A DNA stretch of 64,000 bases from Macrostomum hystrix (lineage: Eukaryota > Animalia > Platyhelminthes): contig CATNEN010000030.1 of the NCBI GenBank assembly GCA_950097015.1, positions 3,162,001 through 3,226,000 of the forward strand, read 5' to 3'. Below, in pieces: positions 47,801 through 57,812 of the stretch (position 1 is the first letter of the stretch; the number at the start of each line of letters is the position of its first letter). Position numbers and translations under genes: made by a program. The notes below the pieces were generated by a model. The model did no database searches. It was not told the origin of the DNA and saw only the letters and a program-made list of their open reading frames with translations.

Positions 47801-50800
47801 CTGGATTGGATTTCCCTTTATTTCAGCTCTGGATGGGATCTCCCTCAATTTCATCTCTGGATGGGAATTCCCTCCATTTCATCTCTGGATGGGATCTCCC
47901 TCAATTTAATCTCTGGATGGGTATTCCCTCAATTTCATCTCTGGATGGGTATTCCCTCAATTTTATCTCTGGATTGGATTTCCCTTTATTTCAGCTCTAG
48001 ATGGGATCTCCCTCCATTTCATTTCTGGATTGGATCTCCCTCCATTTCATCTCTGGATGGGAATTCCCTCAATTTCATCTCTGGATGGGAATTCCCTCAG
48101 TTTCATCTCCGGATAGGATTTCCCTCCATTTCAGCTCTGATAAGATTTCCCTCCATTTCAGCTTTGCATGGGATTTTCGTTAATTTCATCTCTACATTGC
48201 ATTTACAGCTAATATTTTTTGCTGGATGAGATTATCCCACTTTTCAGTTCTAAATGGGATTTCCCTACCTTTAATTCTGAATTTGATTCCTGAATCTATT
48301 CAGCTCTGGATGGGATTTCCCTTTTAGTTTGAGTGGGATTTCCCCCCTTCTGAGTTACTGATCGTTCGAGGTTCTAAAAGGACTCTCCGTTTTTCTCTTT
48401 TTTGCTTCGGGAAAAGCTTCCTTCCTCGATAGCGTAAATTTTATTTTCCAAATATTTTGCTTTGCTTCCGTTTCCGGTCCCGTGTCAACATATCTTGGGA
48501 TTTAAATCCCATTCCACCCACGCAGGAGCAACTGGAGACCGGGACCATCATTCGCCAGCAGCTGGCCGTGTGCCGGTCAACCAATCTGTCGGTTTGGACT
48601 GGCATTCTCATCGGATTGAAGGGTGAAGCCTAAAATCAGTGATCTAGAATCCCCTTACCTGTACCCAGCCGCTCTGACAGTTCTCGAATCTTTCGATAAT
48701 TATACCTGCATGAATTCTGGTCCGTGATTTCATAAAACGAAGCGCGAGCCAGCCCAAGTCTATTTGCACATTAATTTACCTTTGAATAATGAGGTGTTTG
48801 GCTCTCGGACAATCACGCCTTTGAAATTCTCATTATTCAAGGCGCCTATAACTGACCTCTTCAGTTTTTGTCGCATGCGATTCGATTTTCTCTTGAGAAA
48901 ATAAATTAAATGCATCTATCCAAATAATTTTTATTTGGTTGTAGCCTGTTGGCGAGAGCGTCCGACTCAGGACTTTCCACTTGAAGGTCGGGGGTTTGAC
49001 TCTCTACTCCATTGGAACAATTTTCGTACTTTAGCAAGACACCTAGATCTACATTGATTTAGTTCACCTGGCTGTTAAATAGGTTTAATTATAAATATAA
49101 TTTAATGTTATAAGTTATCAAATTAAATTAATGTTAATGGTTAATAATTATTATTGAAATAAAATATTTTTCATTTATTATTCAGTATTTTATATTCATT
49201 TCTCACTATTACTTTTTATAACATTTTTTGTTTGTTTTATTATCTACTTTTAATTTTCAGTCGATTATAGATTATTATAAATTAAAAATAGTCATGACGT
49301 TAATTAATTAAATATTTTTATAAGAAACTATTTATTATATATATTTTACTGATTAATAAATAATTAAATACTTAATTTAAACTAACTTTTACACACGCAC
49401 GTGACTAACCACAACAAATTAAATTGTAAATGCATTTTTATTCTAAATTAGATTAAAGCACATCAGAAAGATGACTGGTGTGATGTAATTATACATCTCA
49501 TGTACATTTCGATTTACAAAGGTATTCTACTTATATTCGGCATTTTCTTCGCCTGGGAGACTCGCAATGTCTACGTGGCCGCATTGAATGATTCTAAGAA
49601 GATTGGCGTCTGCGTCTACAACACCTCCGTGATGGGTTTCGTCGGCCTGGTGCTCAACTTCACCCTGCCGGAGCGGGAGGTGCAGCTGCGAGACCTGCTA
49701 CTGGCTGTCTGCATCCTCATCTGCGTCACCGTCACCCTCATGCTGGTCTTCGGATACAGGGTGAGAGCATCGCTGAGTGCCTATTGGGGAGAAGAGCGGG
49801 GGAGTGAGGGGAGAAGAGAGGTAGAGTGAGGAGAGAAGAGCGGGGAGTGAGGGGAGAAGAGAGGGAGACTGAGGGGAGAAGATAGGGAGACTGAGGGGAG
49901 AAGATAGGGAGACTGAGGGGAGAAGATAGGGAGACTGAGGGGAGAAGATAGGGAGACTGAGGGGAGAAGATAGGGAGACTGAGGGGAGAAGATAGGGAGA
50001 CTGAGGGGAGAAGATAGGGAGACTGAGGGGAGAAGATAGGGAGACTGAGGGGAGAAGATAGGGAGACTGAGGGGAGAAGATAGGGAGACTGAGGGGAGAA
50101 GATAGGGAGACTGAGGGGAGAAGATAGGGAGACTGAGGGGAGAAGATAGGGAGACTGAGGGGAGAAGATAGGGAGACTGAGGGGAGAAGATAGGGAGACT
50201 GAGGGGAGAAGATAGGGAGACTGAGGGGAGAAGATAGGGAGACTGAGGGGAGAAGATAGGGAGACTGAGGGGAGATGATAGGGAGACTGAGGGGAGATGA
50301 TAGGGAGACTGAGGGGAGAAGATAGGGAGACTGAGGGGAGATGATAGGGAGACTGAGGGGAGAAGATAGGGAGACTGAGGGGAGATGATAGGGAGACTGA
50401 GGGGAGAAGATAGGGAGACTGAGGGGAGAAGAGGCATTTTCAGAGGGGGGACGCATTTTCAGTGACTAACGATATACAGTTTCAGTAGTCACCAGGTTTT
50501 CTTTATCTGAAACTAAGAATCCAATCTAAATGAGATGGTTTATAAAGATTCAGATAAAGGAAACAAGAATAAACTACATACGAGCTCGTGTAATCGTTCT
50601 ACGACGAATAATTAAAAATAAAAAAGCAGTTTCTGCATGTTAACATAAGCCTAACTGTCTTTATAGCACTCGACCATCAAAGCGAAACAACCTCAGAGGA
50701 TAATCTTGTGCTTGCTTTGATGGCTGGACTGGCAGGTGTTTAAGCTCACTGAACTGAGCAGTTGCTTATTATGGACTCGGGTTACGACATCGGCAAATTC

Positions 50801-51606
50801 AAGCGATGCTGTTTCTGCAACTGCTTCCTACAGTTTAATCCGTCCATAAACTTCTGCCACTTCACTCCGCACTACAAATCCGCCCCTTCAGCAGCATCCC
50901 TTCAGTTGCATCCCTTCAGCAGCATCCCTTCAGTTGCATCAATTCAGTTGCATCCCTTCAGTTGCATCCCTTCAGTTTCATCCCTTCAGTTTCATCCCTT
51001 CAGTTGCATCCCTTCAGCAGCATCCCTTCAGTTGCATCAATTCAGTTGCATCCCTTCAGTTGCATCCCTTCAGTTGCATCCCTTCAGTTGTATCCCTTCA
51101 GTTGCATCCCTTCAGTTGCATCCCTTCAGTTGCATCCCTTCAGTTTCATCCCTTCAGTTGCATCCCTTCAGTTGCATCCCTTCAGTTGCATCCCTTCAGT
51201 TGCATCCCTTCAGTTGCATCCCTTCAGTTGCATCCCTTCAGTTGCATCCCTTCAGTTGCATCCCTTCAGTTTCATCCCTTCAGTTGCATCCCTTCAGTTG
51301 CATCCCTTCAGTTGCATCCCTTCAGTTTCATCCCTTCAGTTGCATCCCTTCAGTTGCATCCCTTCAGTTGCATCCCTGATGTAGCTACCCCACTCCGCTA
51401 CCCTCAGGTGCTGCAGCTACCCCACTCCGCTACCCTCAGGTGCTGCAGCTACCCCACTCCGCCACCCTCAGGTGCTGCAGTTGACCAACTGTCTGAAGCC
51501 AGGCGCGGTGTCGCCTCAGGACGGGGTCTCAATGGAGGACCGCACCATCGCTGGCGGATCATCGAACTATCCGACTGTCCACCAGACAAGCCACACACGT
51601 GGCTGA
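35875..51606 (+). CDS. GABA-B-receptor-like class C GPCR (signal peptide, Venus flytrap domain, 7TM), 14 exons, about 749 aa
   Basis: Phase-consistent GT-AG exons 35875-36096, 36521-36658, 36834-37004, 37631-37732, 37817-37891, 38589-38774, 38874-39110, 40332-40395, 40482-40559, 45999-46381, 47318-47440, 48526-48622, 49522-49760, 51472-51606. Motifs [75 protein letters not shown] and LNDSKKIG. The last exon is the least certain. Confidence 0.85.
36680..36790. repeat. Short degenerate array of about 16 bp in GPCR intron 2
   Basis: GGGATCTGTGATATT-like units. Confidence 0.75.
37460..37585. repeat. 21-bp short array in GPCR intron 3
   Basis: GAATCGTTCTCAAACTCCAGA-like units with a GAGAA-TCG-TTCTC dyad. 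Confidence 0.8.
39141..40212. repeat. 27/28-bp minisatellite, about 39 copies, in GPCR intron 7
   Basis: Units CTGTCGGTGTGACTTTGATCTTTCGATT and CTGTCGGTGTGACTTTGTTCTTCGATT. Confidence 0.97.
40979..44100 (-). mobile_element. Decayed Ty3/Gypsy LTR-retrotransposon pol fragment (partial PR, RT, RNase H, integrase), antisense in GPCR intron 9
   Basis: Domain order PR-RT-RH-IN. RT motifs [33 protein letters not shown] and WAHDDI. RNase H motifs [13 protein letters not shown] and [11 protein letters not shown]...EREALAV. Integrase HxH/CxxC, MDFYGP, SDNGPSF, SNGATER. Multiple frameshifts; no gag or LTRs found. Confidence 0.92.
44101..44845. repeat. 12-bp C-rich/G-rich minisatellite abutting the Gypsy protease
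   Basis: (CCCCATCACTAA / CCCTATCACCAA)n. The minus strand reads TTAGTGATGGGG / TTGGTGATAGGG. Confidence 0.95.
45640..45998. repeat. 8-bp-periodic array ending at the exon-10 acceptor
   Basis: AAATGACC, AACTGACC and CAATGACC units. The last unit is followed directly by AG|GT. Confidence 0.92.
47050..47107 (-). mobile_element. Truncated SINE copy
   Basis: Minus strand CAACTTGAAAGTTAGGGGCTCGATTCCTAACTTCACTGGAACAATTTGTGTCCTT aligns with the B-box region of the 11880-12180 SINE. Confidence 0.6.
47545..48325. repeat. 28-bp diverged minisatellite in GPCR intron 11
   Basis: GGATGGGAATTCCCTCAATTTCATCTCT-type units, with the palindrome GGGAATTCCC. Confidence 0.93.
48937..49084 (+). mobile_element. 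Diverged SINE copy (tRNA head plus CORE-like segment), followed by AT-rich sequence
   Basis: GTAGCCTGTTGGCGAGAGCG...GGTTTGACTC...ATTGGAACAA...TTAGCAAGACAC...GTTCACCTGGCTGTTAAAT is colinear with the MORN3-intron copy. Confidence 0.7.
49790..50432. repeat. 22-bp polypurine minisatellite in GPCR intron 13
   Basis: Unit GAGACTGAGGGGAGAAGATAGG. Confidence 0.96.
50885..51376. repeat. 14-bp minisatellite in GPCR intron 13
   Basis: Unit TTCAGTTGCATCCC. Confidence 0.96.
51385..51480 (+). repeat. 32-bp unit, three copies, spanning the last-exon acceptor
   Basis: CTACCCCACTCCGC(T/C)ACCCTCAG|GTGCTGCAG at 51385, 51417 and 51449. Confidence 0.9.
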
Positions 51607-51994
51607 TCTATCCATCGAAAGTTGCCGCAATCCACTATATGGAACAGTTGGAATGTCTGAATCGGACCTCTGAAACCAAGCAAATTTTTTGCAGTCTTAC
51701 AAGAAAACTTTTTTCGTTCAACATTCATTTACAGACATTTTAGAGTCTTTGTTTTGTACTCCTGTCTGCTTTTTGTGTAGTCGACTGAGCTAACACGAGA
51801 TCAGATTTATCATTTGTATCGCGTTTAGTACTAGCTGACAGAAAATCAATCATGTGTAGTGTGTGTCATCATGCTTTTATTGTTGCAGTCGTTTTATTTG
51901 CATCAAAATAACAGCGACGCTTTATAATCGAATTTCTGGGGACATAGGCAGGTGTTTCGAGATATGCAAAAACTAGCTTTTTTCTAACTGCCTC

Positions 51995-52345
51995 TTTTCA
52001 CTCTCCCTCTCTTAGCCTCATTCTATCTATCTGTACTTCTGCCCCTCCCTCTCTTAGCCTCATTCTATCTATCTGTACTTCTGCCCCTCCCTCTCTTAGC
52101 CTCATTCTACCTATCTGTACTTCTGCCCCTCCCTCTCTTAGCCTCATTCTATCTATCTGTACTTCTGCCCCTCCCTCTCTTAGCCTCATTCTATCTATCT
52201 GTACTTCTGCCCCTCCCTCTCTTAGCCTCATTCTATCTATCTCTACTTCTGCCCCTCCCTCTCTTAGCCTCATTCTATCTATCTGTACTTCTGCCCCTCC
52301 CTCTCTTAGCCTCATTCTATCTATCTGTACCTCACACTCTCCCTC
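51995..52345. repeat. 42-bp pyrimidine-rich minisatellite
   Basis: Unit CTCTCTTAGCCTCATTCTATCTATCTGTACTTCTGCCCCTCC. Confidence 0.95.
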
Positions 52346-52689
52346 AATTTCACTCATTCTTTCAGTCCGTTCCTCCCAGATTAGCAATAGTAACACTGGG
52401 ATTAGCTTTACCTCATGCCTTTTTCTTAATCATTCTCTAATTAGTTTACTCCTAATATTCTTGAAATTTTCCAGAAAACGCTTGCATATTCTTTCGTAAA
52501 TTTCGTTTAATTATTCTTAGAATCTTTGAAAAAAAATTTGACTGGTAAATAAATTGATAAAACTGAAAAAATAATGCAAAATTTATCATACTAATCATCA
52601 ATATGCTCAACAGATTGATAGCAAGTTTCATCCAAGTCCGTAAAAGTGCAAAAATTGTTTCTAATTATGGATCTGATCATTACGGTTGG

Positions 52690-53235
52690 TTTAGATATAA
52701 TCTACAGTCATTGGGTTAGATATAACCTACAGTCATTGGGTTAGATATAATCTACAGTAATTGGGTTAGATATAATCTACAATCATTGGGTTAGATATAA
52801 TCTACAGCCATTAAGTTAGATATAATCTACAGTGATTGGGTTAGATATAATCTACAGTCATTGGGTTAGACATAATCTACAGTCATTGGGTTAGATATAA
52901 TCTACAGTCATTGGGTTAGATATAATCTACAGTCATTGGGTTAGATGTAACCTACAATCATTGGGTTAGACATAATCTACAGTCATTGGGTTAGACATAA
53001 TCTACAGTCATTGGGTTAGACATAATCTACAGTCATTGGGTTAGACATAATCTACAGTCATTGGGTTAGACATAATCTACAGTCATTGGGTTAGATATAA
53101 TCTACAGTCATTGGGTTAGATATAATCTACAGTCATTGGGTTAGATATAATCTACAGTCATTGGGTTAGATATAATCTACAGTCATTGGGTTAGATGTAA
53201 TCTACAGTAATTGGGTTAGATGCAACCTACAGTAA
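52690..53235. repeat. 25-bp minisatellite
   Basis: Unit AGATATAATCTACAGTCATTGGGTT, with a TAGAT-ATA-ATCTA dyad. Confidence 0.95.
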
Positions 53236-54569
53236 TTATTTGGTTTATAATTTGTTATTGTCGAATTGGCCAAGGTCACTTCGGGACACTGCCCGGGAGC
53301 TCAAACAGAAGCTGCCGAAAATAGTCTATTTAAAAGTTATACGCGCAATAAAACTGCCATTGGGAAACTTCGATAGCACAGAAGTCATAAAATATTTTTG
53401 CCCAACAGTGGTTCAATCAATGGACTTCCTTTGACTGCGTTGGCCTGTAAGAAACCGAAAATTGTTGCTCCTCCTGAAGAATCTTTAAAGCAGCAGCGAG
53501 GCATTCCGATGTCCACAGCCCACTGCACGGCAGCTGGTTATTTGGGAAGTTGAGCTCATGTCTCACCGAACAGACTCAAGCCAGGGAAGTTCTAAAACAA
53601 GAAGACTCTGACATGCTGACTAGGGGAACAGTCTGCTGCTCCTGGCTGCCGCTCTGCTGCTCCTGACCTCGGCTCTGGTTCAGAGCTGCAAAATTGTGTA
53701 GGAAACGGATTTCAGAAGAACCTGCCGGCTGCCCGCCATGCGGCTGCCATCGAGCTACGAGGGGCAATCATCGTGCAGCACGTGCGTGCGCGCCATTTTC
53801 AGCCGGTGCAACAACGCTCGTACATGACTGTGCCAGATTCGATCATCTATACCAAACATACAGCAATATTCCCTATTATCCAAACATCTGAGCAGAGTTT
53901 TATTGGCAAAACAACTACTTTTTTTACTTCTGGCCTTAGAAAACTTCCTCTAAAGCTAAATTTTCCTATCGGGATGTCAAATTTGAGCGCATACGGCTAC
54001 TGTAAATATAATATCAGAACTACACCATTTCAAGACTAACTTGTTTGTTTTACTAAAGAGGTATTTTAAGCGACTCGAACGCACCCTTAGACTGTAATTT
54101 AGTCTCAGATCGCTTGAAAAGTATCAATTGTGCTTTAAATTTAGCTGAAATTATAACACATGCAAGAAATGCAAAGCGTCTACTAGAAGTAGTACTGACA
54201 GTTAAATGCATATTTACATTTACAGTAAAAATAGTTTATACCATGTGGTGAGAACTTGCATGTAACCGCCGCACAATTACCTTTTCATTTTTAATTTTCT
54301 ATGTACGTTAATCCATAGAATGCGACGCTTATCTAAAGATAGAGACCAAAATCTAAAGATCTAAAGATTGTCTCTTATCTGAAAATAGAGACCAAAATCT
54401 TAAAGCCAGTATCGATGACAAGACTGCATCTGCAATTACTGCGTATCTCTTCCCTAGCACATATCGAGTTTAGCATGTCATATTTAAAAGTACAAGCTTT
54501 TCTGGTACGCCGGTTGCATAGCTCAAGTAGCAATCGATTTGTTTTGGACTAAGCCGCGAAAAATATGCA

Positions 54570-54910
54570 CTGATTGCAGTGAACAAGATGGACAGTTTGC
54601 AGTGAACAGGATGGACAGTTTGCAGTGAACAGGATGGACAGTTTGCAGTGAACAGGATGGACAGTTTGCAGTGAACAGGATGGACAGTTTGCAGTGAACA
54701 GGATGGACAGTTTGCAGTGAACAGGATGGACAGTTTGCAGTGAACAGGATGGACAGTTTGCAGTGAACAGGATGGACAGTTTGCAGTGAACAGGATGGAC
54801 AGTTTGCAGTGAACAGGATGGACAGTTTGCAGTGAACAGGATGCACTGATTGCAGTGAACAGGATGGACATCACAGTGAACAGGATGCACAGTTTGCAGT
54901 GAACAGGATG
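54570..54910. repeat. 23-bp minisatellite
   Basis: Unit TTGCAGTGAACAGGATGGACAGT. Confidence 0.95.
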
Positions 54911-55327
54911 GAGAGCTAGAGATATGAAACTGTAACGGAAATCAGATGTCAGAGATACTCAATCTCAATCATGCGCAGACGGTCAAATTTATTCGGTATT
55001 CGTACCCTACAAATGGCGAGTTTGGGTTGGGGGGTATTAGTGTGCTTGAGTTACAGTTACACACAGTGAAAAACTATCTGAAGACAGCTCCAGACTATCC
55101 GACTATGAGCAAACAACTCGACCAAACGCTTGGCTATGCAGTAGAACGGATATGTCTCCGTGCAGAGCAGACAGTACATTAGTTGTTGGACTAATACAAC
55201 AGCATTAGAGTTCTCATTCAGTATTGGCTAGAGTCAAGCAGAATTAATCGTAGGCCCTCTGTATAGTACGAGCAAATTTAAACAGAAACAAATGGAACCA
55301 GTTTAAATCTGTTTAACAGTAGAACTA

Positions 55328-55435
55328 CCAAGGGGGGAATTTCCCCCCCCCCCTGACATTTTTTTGCTGCACCCGAACGGAACAATGCAAGCACACGAAA
55401 CTCAAGAACACGGGCCAACTTTCCCCCCCCCTTGG
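55328..55435. mobile_element. Possible 108-bp mini-MITE with TA flanks
   Basis: TA|CCAAGGGGGG ... CCCCCCTTGG|TA: a 10-bp perfect inverted end with G-run length differences. Single copy in the window. Confidence 0.3.
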
Positions 55436-56419
55436 TATAAAAACGGGCGGCAAAATGGCTTGGTAGTCCTACTGTTAAGGAGAAACAAGCTTCTAAAATT
55501 AAGTAGAAATGTTCTAGAGTACGAGCTGTACAACTTATCGTTCGCTTGAATGAGGTCGTGAGTACTCTGCATATAGTTTAATCCCCGTTTAAAAGAGTTT
55601 AGTGGCTTGCTAAAGGGCACATGGTTGTATACGATACTTTTGGCTATTTCACTGGTAAAGAAGGAGCCAATGATCGAGATTGAACCCTCATATCTGTAGA
55701 ATAAATACTTCTCACGAGTATAGTTTATAGGTTCCATAGCTTCCATGCAATAGTACATTGCAAGGTAGATTTGCGCCCACGCTCGGCCCAGTTGAGTAGT
55801 TGTTTGAGAGGGTGTCAATTTTGAAGGGAAAAATTCTAGAAGTCTAGAAGCCCCGCCCTGTGTCCACTGCTTTCCAGATCGAAGAAAAAGAAAATGAACG
55901 GACTTTAGCAAAGAAAGCAGCCTAAAGAGAAAATCAATTGCGTGCGACGCAGTACTATGGCGCATGTGCTGGAGAGACAGGGCTAGAGTGAGACCCAGCT
56001 GTCTCTTCAGATGTCATTTGAGAGGCTAACGCGCTCATTCTTTAGCGAGGCAAATACAATAGCGGGCCGGTCAGGACCGTAGTGTGAGTACGGGCTAGCA
56101 ATTCAAAGGCGTAATCCGCACTGAAAATCCTTGGATTAATAGAATGCAAAATAAAGCAAGATGAGAAATATTCGGCGATTTTTTTGTTCTGCGAACGAAA
56201 AACAACACAGCGAAGAAAGCAATGGCAGCTTGGACATTTTTATTGCGGAATATCCAATTTGCCTTCCATTTGAGCATGAGCTCAAACAAAGTACTTAACT
56301 TTCCTAGGCAAAATGCCAATATAAACATAACGGTAAGAGGCGCCAGTGACGGATGGTAACAACTAAATCATTTTTAATCGCTTAGCAACTGAGATTCGAT
56401 TCATTCAATAGGCCTAAAT

Positions 56420-56690
56420 CTGTCTGTCTGTGAAAACATCTCAATCTGTCTCAGTCTGTGAATCCATCTCAATCTGTCTCAGTCTGTGAATCCATCTCAA
56501 TCTGTCTCAGTCTGTGAAAACATCTCAATCTGTCTCAGCCTGTGACTCCATCTCAATCTGTCTCAGTCTGTGAATCCATCTCAATCTGTCTCAGTCTGTG
56601 AATCCATCTCAATCTGTCTCAGCCTGTGACTCCATCTCAATCTGTCTCAGTCTGTGACTCCATCACAATCTGTCTCAGTCTGTGAATTCG
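56420..56690. repeat. 28-bp minisatellite
   Basis: Unit ATCTCAATCTGTCTCAGTCTGTGAATCC. Confidence 0.93.
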
Positions 56691-57589
56691 TCCTAATCTG
56701 TTTGTCTGTCCATAAATCCCTTTGTAATCCGGATGTGAACGATTTGATGAGAAATACACAAAGAAAAAAGGAATAATTTAGCACAGAAAAAAGCTTAATA
56801 CGAGTATAATGCATGGTGTTTTAAGAAGAAAATAAAAGACACATTTACAAAATACATCGGCACACAAGCATGGCCAAGACGATTAGGCATCTCTCAATAA
56901 AGTACTTTTCAGACTGATTGATCATGAGGCTAACGGGTGCCAAGGCAACCGCAATCGGACGCTCCTACCTGTGTGTAGCTATTAGAGGATTGATGAGGAC
57001 AGCTGAATATGGACAAAAGCAAATTTTTAAAAGGCAACAATAAAAGGCAAAAAAACTGCAAATATAATATTGCACAATTATGCAAAACGCGGCCTGTTTG
57101 TCAGGCCACAAAGATCCTACAATTAATGAAACACAACTGGAATAAATCACAAGTATTTTGGGTTTTTAAATGAATCAATTGAATATAATTATTTTTTATA
57201 ACAGAGGAAACTGATAATCTGCTGAGTAGAAAAAATCTGACAACAGATTTTACAAATTAGACAGTAAACAAATGACACGAGCTTACAGTACCGAAATCTG
57301 GAATTATTAACATACACACACATTGATAAACGAGATAGAAAGACAACAATAAGCGATAGGAAATAAACCAGAATAGTTAAAAATTAACTAAAAAATTGTA
57401 ATATCATTGAATTATGAACAAAATAATTCAGTAGTTATAATTTAGGCTAAAATGATGCAGGACGCTGAGAGGAATGTGACTGATGTCACTAAATCTTAAA
57501 ACCTAGTTTTATAACTTTAAAATTTAACTGACAAAACGTAAAAATTCATAGTAGTTTTCTAGTTACTAACAGTATTTTGACCAAAAGCG

Positions 57590-57750
57590 AGGGTAGGAAG
57601 GGAGGGTTACAAGCCACTGAACGATTGAAAGGAGGGAGGGTACAACCCACTGAAAGATTGAAAGTAGGGAAGGTACAACCCACTGAACAATTGTAGGAAA
57701 GGAGGGTTACAACCCATTGAACAACTCAGGGAATGGTTGGGTACAAGCCA
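57590..57750. repeat. Degenerate array of about 33 bp downstream of INPP5F
   Basis: GGAGGGTTACAACCCACTGAACGATTGAAA-like units, about 5 copies. Confidence 0.7.
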
Positions 57751-57812
57751 TTGTGGCTGGTAACTGTTTCGTTTTGTCGGTACTTAACAAGACTGTAGAG
57801 TCTAGTGGTATC

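Noticed and set aside
53690-53715. 20-nt GT-AG micro-intron (GTGTAG...TTTCAG) that would bypass the TAG in the signal-peptide-like frame
   Set aside because: It is far shorter than any supported intron in this window (shortest about 68 nt).
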